A stretch of DNA of 64,000 bases from Eledone cirrhosa (Eukaryota): the NCBI GenBank assembly GCA_964016885.1, contig OZ024744.1, positions 108,438,001 to 108,502,000 of the forward strand, written 5' to 3'. Made by a program: the position numbers and the translations under genes. The notes beneath the pieces are model-generated. The model was not told the origin of the DNA and did no database searches. It saw nothing but the letters and a program-made list of their open reading frames with translations. Positions 12,410 to 26,159 of the stretch are shown piece after piece (the first letter of the stretch is position 1; each line of letters begins with the position of its first letter).

Positions 12410-14460
12410 TCAGGTCTGTATGAAGGTCAGACTTCCACACCAATCTCAAGCTGTGGCACGCCGCCCAGGCCTTGCTCTTCCTCCCAACCACATCTTCCTC
12501 CGTATTCCCAATCTTTGCTCCCAAATACAGGAAGTCCTCAATCAATTCTAGCGACTTCCCGCCTACATTAGTGATCTCCTCTGGCTTCTCAACATTCTCT
12601 ACCAGATATTTTGTTTTAGTCTCATTCATTCTCAGCTCCACACCCATCGACACAGTCTCAACCTCCTGCATCATATCCTCTGCCTCCTTTACTCTATTTG
12701 TCACCAAAACTATGTCGTCGGAAAATTCAGCATCTGATATCTTTTTCGCCTTAACTCTCCTGCTCTGAGCCGGTGTTACAGTAAAGCCAGAGTCCTGGTG
12801 TTTCTCCAGTGCAAGGCGCATACAATAGTCCACTACGATGATAAAAAGGTAGGGAGCCAATTTATATCCCTAGAGCGTTCCAGCCAGTGTCTCAAAGCAC
12901 TCTGTCATCCCATCAGGTGTAATGACTTGGGCTTTGGTGTTGGTGTAGAACAGTGATGTCAGGTCCACTATCTTCTTGGGGATTCCATAAGCCTGTAAGA
13001 TCTTCATCACATCAAGAAGTGACGGTCCACAGAATCAAAGGCCTTCCTAAAGTCAATGAAAACCATGACCGCAGGAAGGCACTTTGCTCTAGCTCCCTCT
13101 AATATCCTCTTCAGCATCAGGATGTGACTGGTGGTTGATCTTACCTCTCTGAAGCCGTTCTGGTTGTCCCTGAGCTTCTTCTCCATCTAAGGCTGGATCC
13201 TGTTAAGAATCATCCTGTTGAGGGTCTTTGCCACAAGTAACGTCAGTGAGATCCCCCTGTAGCTGTTGGGGTTAGAGAGATCTCCCTTCTTTGGCACTGG
13301 GACGATGTTACTGATCCTCCACTGAGTCGGGGCAATTCTTTTCTTCAGTGCCTGGTTACAGAAACCCAGGATGATATCATCAAAACAACACCTCTTCATC
13401 ACCTCTGATGTCACTCCATTTTCTCCATGAGCCTTGCCCTCCTTGATCCTCTTCTTGGCTCTCTGAAGCTCCTCTCTGGTGAAGGGCTGTCTCAATATCC
13501 AGTTCTTCAAACAGCCACCTGATCTCCCCAATGCTCTGGGCTGTGGAGGGTGGCTCTCCTAGTAGGGTCCTAAAATGGTCTAGCCATTTCCTCTTCCTAT
13601 CCTCGGGCCCTGTTCCCTGGATCTGACTCGAACACCTTCTCTTCCTCCCTGTGATCTCGATGATGATCATCCAGCTCTCCTTACACCCAGACCTGCCAAC
13701 CGCTCTCTCCACACTTCTGATATTCTCTATCAGTGCCTCCTCTCTGGCCTCAGTGTAAGCGGTACAGAGTTCTTCCCTCATCACCTCCATATTCTCCTTC
13801 CTCTCCTCCATAGGATCAGCATAGAATTGGTCCTTGGCAGCTTTCATGTGTTCTCTGGCTGCACACACTTTTGGGTCTGCAGAGCTGACGTGCTTCCTTT
13901 TGTTCTTTCTCCTCGGCACCAGGGTCTCACTTGCTTCCGCCACTGCATTGGTGAAGTGCCGTACCTCCTCGTCACACTCTCCTCAGTCCATCCAATCTCT
14001 CTCTCCTCTGCCTCTCCACACAGAGCACTGAACCTGTTCCTCACATCTACTGTGAACCTCTCCTGTAGCTTATCATCTTCCTTGAAAGCTTCCCAGTCAT
14101 AGATTGCTCTTCGGGGCTGAGCCTTGCTCTTTGTTAAGCTCACCTGGACCTCACTCATAACAAGCCGGTGGTCACTACCCAGTGTACTGAAATAGTTGTA
14201 TGGTTCTGTGTTCAGAACATTATTCCACCACTTTTTCCTCACCAGAATGAAATCAACCTGGGATTTGGACAGGTGCATATCTGAGATGTAGGTCCACATC
14301 TTCCCTGGATTCTTACTAAACCTTAGGTTGGTCGCTATCAAGTTCGCCTCCAGCAGGGTGTCTCTCAGTAGTCTTCCATTTGTGTTGGTGTTGTTATGGA
14401 AGTACCAGCAAGGATCTTCATTGCCCTCCTTACTCAGATGCGCATTGGAGTCCCCCAAAA
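12410..14460 (-). pseudogene. Degenerate RTE-superclade (RTEX-like) LINE, APE-RT portion
   Basis: GDSNAH, SQVDFIL, SDHRLV (APE); IVPVPKKGDLS...YRGISL, LAPYLFIIVVD, FSDD (RT); frameshifts and stops. Confidence 0.85.
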
Positions 14461-14461
14461 C

Positions 14462-14701
14462 ACAGAGGAGACTGAGGTTAGCTGGACATGCTCACCGACA
14501 TCCAGAGTTGACATTGCACTCAGTGCTCCTGTGGGAGCCCCTACATGGACACACTGGAAGAGGAAGACCTAGGTTAACGTATGTTGACGCCCTAAGGACA
14601 GACACTGGTCTGTTGGAGACGCAGGACATGGCAGCGATAATGAGGGACTGAGACCGCTGGAGAGAACTCGTCCATGGATCTCGGGAATTTTACCCACCCT
14701 A
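14462..14701 (+). mobile_element. 3' end of the same RTEX-like LINE, in opposite orientation to its 5' part
   Basis: RLRLAGHAHRHPEL...GRGRPRLTYVD C-terminus, ends at (TA)n. Confidence 0.8.
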
Positions 14702-14718
14702 GAATATATATATATATG

Positions 14719-15150
14719 CCTAGGGTGGGTAAAATTCCCGAGATCCACGGACGAGTTCTCTCCAACGGTCTCAGTACCTCATTATCGCTGCCATGTCCTG
14801 CGTCTCCAACAGACCAGTGTCTGTCCTTAGGGCATCAACATACGTTAACCTTGGTCTTCCTCTTCCAGTGTGTCCATGTAGGGGCTCCCATAGGATTACT
14901 GAGTGCAATGTCAACTCTGGATGTCGGTGAGCATGTCCAGCTAACCTCAGTCACCTCTGTGTCACTTTTGAGCTGACTTTTAGGAGGCTCCCATATAGCT
15001 CTGAGTTTTTCATCCTCAGTGTATACTGATTAATGTTCAGAGCCATCCTCAGCATTCTCGTGTAGCACCCATCCACCATCTGAGTGGACTATTGTATGCG
15101 TCTTGCACTGGAGAAACACCAGGACTCTGGCTTTACTGTAGCACCGGCTC
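14719..15150 (-). mobile_element. Second 3' fragment of the RTEX-like LINE, tail-to-tail with 14462-14701
   Basis: Diverged reverse complement of 14462-14701 extending further 5'. Confidence 0.8.
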
Positions 15151-15194
15151 AGAGCAGGAGAGTTAAGGCAAAAAAAAAAATATATATATATATA

Positions 15195-15442
15195 TGAATA
15201 TAAGTATGTATACGTACATACATATATGTATACAGACGTACAGTAGTATGTATATACATACATACATGCACACATATATATATGTACGTATGGATTTACC
15301 GAACATTTATTATAATGCTCGGTTTGTTTGTAAACAAACAGCCCGAATTATTAGCCGTACAGTGTTCGGCAACCATCGTTGCCATTTTGTTCAACACTGA
15401 CAAAGGAAGGATGAACTAGTTTCTAGCTTATTAGCTGCCATC
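15195..15442 (-). mobile_element. Family G mini-element, truncated inside its hammerhead
   Basis: Reverse complement of about 16110-16355. Confidence 0.75.
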
Positions 15443-15544
15443 TCCAATCGCCATGGCGGAAAGTGGGGCTGTGCAGCCATACCCCCCGCCCCAAATCCCT
15501 CTAAATGACCCTCCTGGTCAAAGCCGCATGTAGTGTTATCTAGT

Positions 15545-15800
15545 GTGTGTGTGTTATCTTTTTATGTGTCTACGATTTAGTAAGCAGCCAAAATTCTGCT
15601 TGCTTCAACCGACGCTGTCGTGTGTTTGTGTGTAAGTGTGTGTGTGTGTGTTATCTTTTTATGTGTCTACGATTTAGCAAGCAGCCAAAATTATGTTTGC
15701 TTCAACCGACGCCGTCGTGTGTGTGTGCATGTGTGTTATCTTTTTTATGTGTCTACGATTTAGTAAGCAGCCAAAATTCTGCTTGCTTCAACCGACGCAA
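15545..15800 (+). repeat. Three tandem copies of a roughly 85-100-bp unit
   Basis: gtgttatctttttatgtgtctacgatttagtaagcagccaaaattctgcttgcttcaaccgacgc x3 with variable (GT)n. Confidence 0.85.
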
Positions 15801-15874
15801 TTGATCAACTCAAGATTCTATAACGCATGCACTGCATGCGTTTCATGCACGCACCCTTCGCCCTTGGTATGTAA

Positions 15875-16404
15875 GTACTACTGTACGGCCGAATGCATAT
15901 ATGTATGTACGTATGCATACTTATATTTAAGTAGCAGCCGTACTAAAGGTGAGAAATGAAATTTCATTTTTCCCATTTGTCGTTTTCGGTACGCCCGGCC
16001 GACTAACTCACTCGATATACAAATTAGGCTGCTCAGCCGTTAATATGTATAAGGAAAGTATATACTTTCAGACGTCCAATCAACTGACAGGAAGGTATAC
16101 GGTGCTGATGACAGCTAATAAGCTAGAAACTAGTTCATCGTTCCTTTGTCAGTGTTGAACAAAATGACAACGATGGTTGCCGAACACTGTACGGCTAATA
16201 ATTCGGGCTGTTTGTTTACAAACAAACCGAGCATTATAATAAATGTTCGGTAAACCCATACGTAGAAGTATATATGTGTGCATGTATGTATATATATATA
16301 CATACTACTGTACGTCTGTATACATATATGTATGTACGTATACATACTTATATTTAAGTATCAGCCGTACTAAGGATGAGAAATGAAATTTCATTTTTTC
16401 CATT

Positions 16405-16405
<1 letters not shown>
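15875..16405 (+). mobile_element. Terminally redundant HHR mini-element (family G), about 430-bp unit, ends in (TA)n
   Basis: About 100-bp direct terminal repeat; HHR 16099-16141 acggtg-CTGATGA-cagct aata agcta-GAAA-ctag-TT-catcgt. Confidence 0.8.
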
Positions 16406-16439
<34 letters not shown>

Positions 16440-16994
16440 GGGGGGGGGGAGTGATATACTCTATAAATTGGTTTAATCCACATATATAAAATATATATTG
16501 ATTATGTTATCCAACACAAGAAGTTCAATGAACATTGAATTCAGACCATATTTTATACAAATTTAAAGGACATATCTTGATATATACACATACATATATA
16601 TACACATACATATATATATATATGTATGTGTATTAGACACACACACAAACGCGCGCGCACGCGCTCGCATCATTTTACTTTTATATTCTGTTGTTGATTT
16701 ACTGTTTACCTTTTCGAAAAGAAGTATGGGTGTTTGTGGGGGGAGGGGGGACGTTCTGTCGTAGAAAGAATGTGAGGTTGGGTTGAGGTGAGAAATGGTA
16801 TAACTGTGGAATGTTCTATTGTTCCTTACATATGTTATAATTAAAGTCTCTTTGTTGGACTGTCATTTTTGGATTGTCGGGGTCATTTTAAAACAAAGCA
16901 GTTTGTCAAACATTTTAAGTTATCTGTAGGTTCATAATAGCAATACATATTTTGAGGACATTTTCAACGGAGAGAAAAAGGGGGCAGTGAAAGA

Positions 16995-17490
16995 TAGATT
17001 TCTTTATTTGCCACAAGGGCGCACAAGAAAAGGGGACAATACAAAGACATGCTGGGGATTTTACATACAGTCGCGTAACAAATATAAAACAAACAAACAA
17101 TTACAACAATGGAAATCCCCAATAGGGGGGAAGCGCCACAAATGAGTTGTTTAATACCCCGTCGATAGAACAACCCTCAACTCCAGGAACGTGTTGTGCA
17201 AGTGCTCCTTTCTTCCTTTTGCTCTCTTCCTCAACCTACAGAGAAGGCCCAATCACTCGGGCCATTTCAGTAAATTTACTGGGGTGCAGTGCCTCTCTCT
17301 CCACTCTGATTCTCCTTCTAAAGTGATACTTAAAGAAGGGAATGAGTTGTTGTCCGGAGAGAAAGGCATCTGTCCTCAGTCCTCTCAATCTCGTCCACCA
17401 TATAACCCCTTTCACCATAGCCACTGTACAGAGAAAACCGCCTCTCTTTCGTTTTTGAAAGAGGCGAGGCAGTGAAAGATAGACAGGTAA
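16995..17490 (-). mobile_element. 3' fragment of Tx1/L1-clade LINE
   Basis: VAMVKGVIWWTRLRG...HFRRRIRVERE; 3' end cccttgtggcaaataaagaaatc as in 62336-62359. Confidence 0.85.
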
Positions 17491-17505
17491 ATCAAGATTG
17501 TGTGT

Positions 17506-17680
17506 GTGAAGGCGCGTGTTCGAGTCGTTCAGATGTTCAATAATGTCATAGGTTCGATTCATGAACTATGTGGTGCGTCGTTATCTTGAGCAAAATACGT
17601 TATTTCACATTTCTCCAGTACCTTCAGCTGAAAACGAGGACCAGCATTAGCTGGGGGTTAAGCTTGTTATGGACTGATGA
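17506..17680 (+). mobile_element. SINE family 2 (diverged)
   Basis: gtgaaggcgcgtg...ggttcgattc...cttgagcaaaatacgttatttcac. Confidence 0.65.
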
Positions 17681-17892
17681 ATGGACCTATAGTATATTTG
17701 ATAATATACTCTATGTTTAGTTATTTCCCTTTGCTTTTGCCGAGACCAAGTAAGTGACGTAGTCACTACTTTATAACTCATAGCGAATGGTCTTCAAAAT
17801 GTTGTAAAATAAACGTACAGTATATTATCAAATATACTATACATACATTTATATATATATATATATATACATATATGCGATTCTCGCTGAAT

Positions 17893-17938
<46 letters not shown>

Positions 17939-18624
17939 TTTCTCTCTTTCTCTCTTACTGCACCCTCGTTCTCTCTGTTTCTCTTACTTTCTTTCGTCCC
18001 CTCTGTCATGTCAGTTAACACTTTCCCTCTACTGACCTCTTCCTCGCACTTTCACTCACTCACTGTTTCTCCCCTTCTTACTTCCTCTCGTCCGCTACGA
18101 ACCCGATTTTCCTTCTTTCTCACATCGGATTCACTAGCGAAAGGTCTGTTTCTTACTCGCTCATCTATTCACCCAGCTTATGCTGACAGAATAACCATGT
18201 TGCTTGTGTTTCTTTCTATCTTCGGTTAGCTTCCCCCTGTGTTGTTTACTTGTCTCACTCGCTTTACGCGTTTCAATTGTCCCAATAACTTATTTTAGTT
18301 ATTGTCGCACCAACGTGAGGTATATGATTTTTAATGCGATGAAATACCAATGATCGTTGGCAAATCACTGATGAGGGACTCATTTTGTAACATGTAATCC
18401 ATGTGCAACCATGTAGTATTCTTCTCCCCATATTTTTCATATATATATATATATGTAAGGATATTTTCGAAACAGGGAGTTGGTTTGAAATTATTAGAAA
18501 TGTAAGCTATCGCCGTATTTTGACTAAAGAAATTAAAGAAATTATTTAGCCTGATAGTGGGGTTAAGAACCCTCGGAGAAATGGAAAAAGATGAGTATTG
18601 ACGTACATATATATATATATATAA

Positions 18625-18785
18625 AGTACGTGGCTTAGTGGTTGGAGAGTTGGATTGTATCCTTGAACAAGATACTTTATTTCACGTTGCTCCTTCTGAC
18701 AGGGCAGGAGTTGCGATTAGGTAGTATCAGCAATGGAAAGACCAATGGAAACATTGTTTCCTTGGTCCGATTTGACGTGGTCCAC
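18625..18785 (+). mobile_element. SINE family 2 (internally deleted)
   Basis: cgtggcttagtggtt...ccttgaacaagatactttatttcacgttgctcc...ggtccgattt. Confidence 0.7.
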
Positions 18786-18820
18786 AACACTCGGCAAGCA
18801 AATGAGGTTTGGGATCTTGT

Positions 18821-18852
<32 letters not shown>

Positions 18853-18853
<1 letters not shown>

Positions 18854-19195
18854 GCGAGGGAAAAGTGGTAAGGAACCAGGTGGACCATAACGCACCAAAG
18901 TACTCAATACTTAGGGTAGTAGAGTGGGTAATAGGAGTAAGTAAGACCCCGACGGCTGAGCTCGAGCGGTTTCGACGGCTAATTCTGTACAGAATTAGCC
19001 GTCGAAACGGCTTGAGCTCAGCCGTCGGGGTCTTACTTATTCCTATATATATATATATATATATATATAACGAAGGAAATGTGGTAAGGAACCAGGTGGA
19101 CCATAACGCACCAAAGTACTCAATACTTAGGGTAGTAGAGTGGGTAATAGGAACCAGTAAGACCCCGACGGCTGAGCTCAGGGGTCTTACTGGTT

Positions 19196-19200
<5 letters not shown>
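18853..19200. mobile_element. Family I cluster (inverted and partial copies separated by TA tracts)
   Basis: Same unit as 10012-10360. Confidence 0.8.
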
Positions 19201-19237
<37 letters not shown>

Positions 19238-19242
<5 letters not shown>

Positions 19243-19978
19243 CTAAATAAGTTAAAATATTTGGAAGCCCTGCAATGGGTGTAAGATTAAAAGTGCCAAG
19301 GTGATAGGAGTTACAGGGAATAATTGTTTCTACGTTTTGGCACAAGGTCAGCTATTACTCAGTGCATTACTGGTATTTTATTTTATCGATCCCGTCAGGA
19401 TGAAAGGCAATAATGTAATGTAATATAATTGTTTCTACTTTTGGCACCAGGTCAGCAATAACCCAGTACATTACTGGTACTTTATTTTATCGACCCCGTA
19501 AGGATGAAAGGCAAAGTTAACCTCGGCGGGATTTGAACTCAGAACGGAAAGGGCCGTAACTCCATGCGTCAAAGCATGGTGTCTGACCCTCTACTGATAC
19601 TGCCACTCCAGAGAATAATAGTCTGAGAAATGAATGAGGACGATAGTGATTTATTACTTTAAATATTTGAAAAAGACGTTAAAATTAAAATTTTTGCGCA
19701 AAGCTTCAAATTTTAACGTCGTTTTCATACATCTAAATTAAATCTGCCAGACAACAACTCTTCTCCGATTACTCTTTAAATACTTACACATGGATCTCCT
19801 CTTGAAAATGTTTTTTTTTTTTAAATCCGAAAATATTTGAGATCAATAAAATTGCTACGGTAAAATGCTATCGCCCTCTTTTCTCAGTATTTTATTCTCT
19901 ATAACTCCTATTAGTTTGGCACTTTTAATCTTGCACGCATTGTTGGGCTTCCAAATATTTAAAGTTATTTAAATTTGT
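19238..19978. mobile_element. Probable MITE with about 60-bp imperfect TIRs, interrupted by SINE family 1 copies (19322-19410, 19427-19610)
   Basis: aaatatttggaagccc...agattaaaagtgccaa versus ttggcacttttaatct...gggcttccaaatattt; internal palindrome about 19667-19726. Confidence 0.55.
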
Positions 19979-20648
19979 TTTTCTTATTCCACAATGCTTC
20001 AAGCAAACTACAACACTATTGAGTACCTTACCTACTGAGGTCTATCCCGATTGAACCCGGGATAAATCGGTTCGTTGTAACTTATTCTATTTTTTCCTCG
20101 GTTACTCACTTGCGTGTGCCATTGTCCTGTGTACCCTCTCTATTCGGTTAGTTTAACTCGTTTTTCCTCTTTCTTCCTCTCTCTTCCCTATTTTTTTTTC
20201 TTTCCCTCATGGCCTTTTGATAGGTAAAATGCCTTGGGCGCGCTGCTGATCGATATCGATGTCCTGTTTTAAGCGCCGAAACATCTATGATCGGAAGTTA
20301 ACAGCTGATGAAGGGTTTCTTCTCTTGTTTCGTCCATATTACCAGCTTAAACTTTGTTTAAAGTAACTACACACCCTGCTTCGTTTCTTGTAATTTTCTT
20401 TTATATATATATAAAAGAAAATTACAAGAAACGAAGCAGGGATGCGAGACAAACCACAAACCTTCCATCTCAATTCTAATTTTGAAAAGCAGAAGAACTG
20501 CGAAACCGGTAAAGGAACCAAATAAATATATTTAAAAAAAAAAAAAGACTCCAGTTGCATTTTCGATTTCATCTTTTTACCTTATACTTTCACTCGTGTA
20601 GGGCACCTCGTTTTTTTTTCAATTTTGTAAAAAAACAACTCACTTTCT

Positions 20649-23600
20649 AATAATAATAATAATGATTTCTTTATTGGCCACCAGGGCTGACATCAAGAAA
20701 AACATTACAGACGGCACAGGACGGTACGATGTGGGTTTTGTTCGTGTAAAGATTTTTTATTATTTATATAAGAAAAGAAAAACAAAAAGACATAGAAACA
20801 TATATATATATATAAACAATAAAAATGAAAATTGAAACAATGAAAAATTCCCTAATAGTGGGGAAACCTCCGAGGGTTACTCGTGGCGAAAACCACACAA
20901 AAGACCACGGCCACCCTGACCAGCAGGGAAAGCGCCCTCTCTCAATTTTTCCATTTCTCAAACTACAGACGTATATTCAGAGTGGTCCCGTTCACTCGGA
21001 CCATTCTCGCTACAGTCACCCACCTTTCAACAAACTTGCTAGAAGGCAGCACTTGCCTCTCCACCCTAATTTTCCTCTTCAAGTGAAACTTGAAAAAGTT
21101 AATTAGGGATTCGCCGAAGAGGAAAGTGTCTGTCTTTAACCCTTTCAACCTTGTCTACCACACAATCTCTTTCGCCATGGCCACCAGGCAGATGAAAACC
21201 GCCTGTCCTTCCTCCTCGAAGGAAGACGGCGAGACCATCTGCACAATGGACTCAGTCGACAACCGGATCAGTCCTACACGCGACAGCAATTGTTCGACAT
21301 AGCTCCACAAGTCAGCAATGCTCGGGCACTGAACGAGTGCGTGCACGACGGTTTCGTCGCTCTGCGCGCATCTCGGACAGGCTCGGCTGACGGCATTCCG
21401 TGCCTGTAGAGCTTATCTCGAACCGGCAACGCGACCCGGTAGCACTGCCAGGCCAGGAAATTTTGGAAGTTATCCATAGACCCTGGGCTGAAAGTTCTGA
21501 AGAGAGCAAAAAGCTGATCTTCTTCGACGCCCAGAATCTCTCCGAGAACGTCGTCGCTCTTCCCCTCCACTAGTCCTCTATAGAACGCCGAGGTGGATGT
21601 TCCACCGATACTGGTGCCAAGCTGGCAGAGCGCAGTGAGCGCCTGTAGACATTCCGGTTTCCAAGCGCTATCCCTCGGTCTTTTCGTGACCCAGGACTGC
21701 AGCTCCGTCAAGGAGACGAGCTGTGGGAAAACGTGCCTGGCGAACGGCGACCACACCTGATCACCGTCAAGAAGCACAAGAGATGTCGCAGCCTCTGCGC
21801 ATGTTTGCGCATCATCAGCCATGTTATGCCCAGTCCTCCACGCAACGGGTGTTGACAGCAGATGGATCGTCTGACCATGGGAGCGCGTCCCTTCCACAAA
21901 AAGCGGAAGAGGAGGCGCTCCATTTTGGTGAGAGTTGGGCTGGAGCAAGGGACAACGGTGAGGCGGTAGCAGATGACGGATGCGATGAACGCATTCGCCA
22001 CCTCCGCCCAGACTTTCAGGGACAGCTTCCTCTCGGCCCATTTCTGGGTGAGGGAGGCCACCCTGCTCGTCACCTCGCTCCAGTTTTTCTCCATCTGGAG
22101 GTCCGGTACAAACCAGACCCCGACCCATTTAACCGGTCCGTCCGTCCAACGCCCCATGACGCTGTCGGACGGCATGGACTTGCCACTCCAGGTGCCGAGC
22201 TGCAAACCCACCGACTTTTCCTGGCTTATCTTTGCTCCTGTCAACGCTTCTATTCCTTGAAAGCGGTGCCGAGCATCTGGACGTGTCTGGTGCTCGACAC
22301 CACGAAGGTGACATCGTCGGCGTAAGCCGACTCGGATTTCCCGCACCTAGTTCGCGTGTGATGCCCCTCATCGCCTCCAGTTTGTGCAGTAACGGCTCGA
22401 GAGCCAATACGTACAAGTGGGACGAGAGGGGACAATCTTGGCGGACCGAGCGCATGATGATGAACGGCTGCGACAGGTGACCGTTCACCCTCACAACTGA
22501 GCAGATGTCGCTGTCCATCACAGCTATCCAACCCCTGATAACGGGACCGAAACTGGCTGCCTCGCGGACCGCCGCCAGGTACCGATGGTCGACCCTATCG
22601 AATTCTTTGGATTGATCCAAGTTGATCAGGGCTCCATCCGTGCCAGGTTCCTTAACCACCCTCTCTATGATGTATCGCATGAGGTGGAGCTTGTCGTGTA
22701 TGGATCTGTCTGGAATGGCGCATGTCTGCGCCTCTCCCACCAGACACTTGACGACAAACGCTAACCTCGTTGCTAACACCTTGGCCAAAATCTTGAACTC
22801 TGCGTTTAGCAGGGTTATGGGCCTGAAGTTATCGATAACATCCCCCTTGTTCGCCACCACTCCCCGGCTCACAAAACTGAGAATGCTCCTGTTCTGCTGC
22901 CAGTTACAGTAGACGTCTGCCAAGAGGTCACCGAACAAGTCTGGCATGTACGCATAAAGCTCGTAGGGCAGACCATCCAAACCTGGCGATTTACCCCTCG
23001 TGCAGTTAGCCATCGCTTCCCATATTTCACCGGCTGTTATTGGCTTTTCGCAACACTGTGCTGCGGTCGTCGAGAGCCGAGGCAGACCGTCGAGGTATGC
23101 ACTGAAGTCCATGCCCCGATCCGGGCCGCCGCTGCTCCCGAACAGTTCAGCAAAGTGCTGCTGAAAAGCTTCACATATCCGCTCGGGTTCGAGCATCACG
23201 CGCCCGTTTTGGTCAGATAAAGATCGAATTGTGGCTTTGTTGCCACGTCGCGCCTCTGCCACCCGGGCCCATTGGACGGCTTTTGTCCCCTCGTGTTTCA
23301 GAGCTAGCGCTCTAGCTCTGACAACGCAGCCTTCGTGTTTTGCGTTGAAGAATTGGTCGAGTGCCAATCTCGCCGCAAGCACGTCGGTTGCGATGCCTGT
23401 CCTAAACGCCTCTTCTAGCTTTCTGACTAGCTCTCCCTCTACTCTATTTTCTTCTATCACTAGTCCTTTGCTAAATCTAATCAACACTACTTTAATTGTC
23501 CTTTTCAGGGCGAACCACCAGTTAAGCTCCCGTCAACGCCCGCTTAACTAATACGCTAATCCGGTATCTGTATGCTTTGCGCGCCGGGAAAGACGCGTTC

Positions 23601-23922
23601 AACTTCTAGTAACCGGGTCCTTGTCTATGAAGTCTGTCTATGTCGATCTCACAGATCACAAATTTGTGGACTGTGTAGTCGACTATTTTAAATTGTGGAC
23701 AACTTATACTAGCCTTATCTAGTTCCCTGCAGAATACCCTATCTAGATACGATCTGGATGACCCGATACGGTTTGTCCAAGTCCACATTGGCACATTCGG
23801 GTGATCCAGTCGATACCTGTCAGACAGTTCAAAACGTCTGAGCAGGTTGGTGAGGCTCTTTCACCCTCCTCCCCTATCCACTAGCCCCATACAATCCCAG
23901 CGTGCATCCAAGATACCGTTCA
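20649..23922 (-). pseudogene. 5'-truncated, degenerate Tx1/L1-clade LINE ORF2 with (ATT)n tail
   Basis: High similarity to 59085-62410 across ORFs 23606-23794, 22129-23487, 21274-22128, 20963-21346; tail aataaagaaatc(att)5. Confidence 0.92.
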
Positions 23923-24021
23923 TATATATATATATGATTCTCATAATTATATATGTAAATACATACATACATATATATATATGTGTGTGTGTCTATATAT
24001 ACATGCGTATGTGTATATATA

Positions 24022-24058
<37 letters not shown>

Positions 24059-24179
24059 TTACATATATAATTATGAGAATCAATACAAAAATATGCCAAA
24101 AATATGCAATAACTAATGTAATAATAGACAAAATAATTTGGGTGATAGTAATGAGTTCGTATAGTAAAGACCAACACCG

Positions 24180-24327
24180 CCATTACAACTACTACTACTA
24201 CTACTGTTACTACCACTACTATTACTACTACCACCACCACCACCACCACCACTACTACTACACTACTACTACTACTACTACTACGACGACAACGACGACG
24301 ACGACCACCACCACCAACAACACCACC

Positions 24328-24367
<40 letters not shown>

Positions 24368-24392
24368 TTACTACTACTTCTGCTGCTACTGT

Positions 24393-24467
<75 letters not shown>

Positions 24468-24468
24468 A
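24180..24468. repeat. Compound trinucleotide microsatellite (ACT/ACC/ACG)n
   Basis: Direct. Confidence 0.95.
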
Positions 24469-24882
24469 GACCTTGAAATATGGACCATAATCTTGGTAAC
24501 TGGGTAACTTGGGTAACTGAGAGTGTGCCAATAACTTTATAAACAGATTATGATATACCTTGTCATGAAGTCTGTTGGATACCAGAACTTTTAGTACCCA
24601 CGATGAGCAAGTGGTGCAAATCTTACAGTTGTTGCAACTGGAACCCATATTCTCACCATCATTAAGCAATAGCTTTAATACATCAAAGTTTGGGGCAAAA
24701 GAACACAATTCTAATTTTATTTGATCTTTGCTAATTTGCGAAAATAACTTAACAATACCATCTAATGCTGCAACTTCAAGGCCCTTCTCTGCAATAGTTC
24801 TAGACTTTGCTGGGTCCAAGCAGGATAAATCTTTATACAACTGTTTGTGTTGTACAAAGTGTGGTTCTAGTGACTGGATAAT

Positions 24883-25075
24883 GGCGATGGATTGGCAGTA
24901 TAGGTAGAGGGTCGGACGCCATGCTTTGACGCATAGAGTTACGGTCTTTGTCATTCTGAGTTCAAATCCCGCCGAGGTTAACTTTGCCTTTCATCCTTAC
25001 GGGGTCGATAAAATAAAGTACCAGTAATGTACTGGAGTAATTGCTGGCCTTGTGCCAAAAGTAGAAACAATTATT
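24883..25075 (+). mobile_element. tRNA-derived SINE family 1, full length
   Basis: A box tggcagtatagg, B box gagttcaaatcc, central ctttcatccttacggggtcgataaaataaagtacc; resembles octopod SINEs as recalled. Confidence 0.85.
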
Positions 25076-25286
25076 AGGTTTAACACATTTACTCGAAAAT
25101 CAGCAAGAGAATCAGAGGAATTTCCTTCATCATTGACAAACTCATCTGCCATTCTTTTTTCTTCTTCTGTCTTTTAACTGGCAATGATGTTTCCAAAGTA
25201 TCAATTTCCAATATTTGATATTCATCCATATTCGCAAATATATATGCGTATAGATATATGTAAATTGGAAAGTAAATTGACAATAT

Positions 25287-25940
25287 CTTCTTCTTCGCCC
25301 CCTTATTTCTGAGAGGGTCGTGGTGGCAGAGTCCTTCTCAAACACTCCTTCCAGAGAGTCTGTTAGTAGCAAACATCTCTAACTGATCCAGCTGGATCCC
25401 AAAGCATGACCAGCCAAGCTCATGGATGTTATCCAACTATCTTGCTCAGGGTCTACCTCTGGGTCTCTTGCCGGTTGGTTTTGCCTGTAAAATGTGTCCC
25501 GCGATTCTTTACTGAGACATTCTAACCACATGCTCATAATATCGGAGTTGTGATCTCTCAATTCGGAGAAGTGGTGGCTCTACCAGGAGTCACTCTCTGG
25601 TCTCTGAGCTATGCACTTTACCGAGTAATGTTACTCCAAAGACCCTTCAGAGGAATCCCATTTCTGCCGCTTTTATTTGCAATTGTATTCTTTTGGTCAT
25701 TACTCAAGATTCATGATCCTCGGTCAGAGTTGGCAGGTATACTAGGAAGACAGCGAGTTTGGCTTTTACACCTACCCCCTTCATCTGATTGCTGAATGCT
25801 GAGGCTGGCGCATTACTGCATCAGCTTTTGCAATTCTTGCACTTAATTCAGCTCCCTGTCTTCTATCACTCATGAACACGACCCTGAGATACTTGAACTT
25901 CTCTAACTGCTTCAGTGGAACTCCATTCACACGTTTATAA
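25287..25940 (-). pseudogene. Degenerate RTE LINE 3' fragment
   Basis: VNGVPLKQLEKFKYLRVVFMSD...ELSARIAKADAVMR; (GAA)n-like tail. Confidence 0.7.
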
Positions 25941-26159
25941 ATTTGAGGGACTTCTGTCCATCTGTCCGTCACATAATGTGTGTGTGTTTGTGTGAATGTA
26001 TGTGTGAGTAAAAGGAAGGAAAGGGATACACACATATATGTCTCTAACTTAAAAACAGTGACACACACACACACACAGACACACGCGTGTCTCTAATTTA
26101 AGAACGCAGATAATCCTCCGCGCACGCACATACATACACTGTCCTATTACCACTTAAGA

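Noticed and set aside
18360-18420. CTGATGAGGG in a TA-anchored repeat
   Set aside because: No matching GAAA or stems found
20225-20400. ggcgc...gcgcc-GAAA-catctatg and downstream CTGATGAAGGG
   Set aside because: Core elements cannot be assembled into one fold; at best a decayed hammerhead
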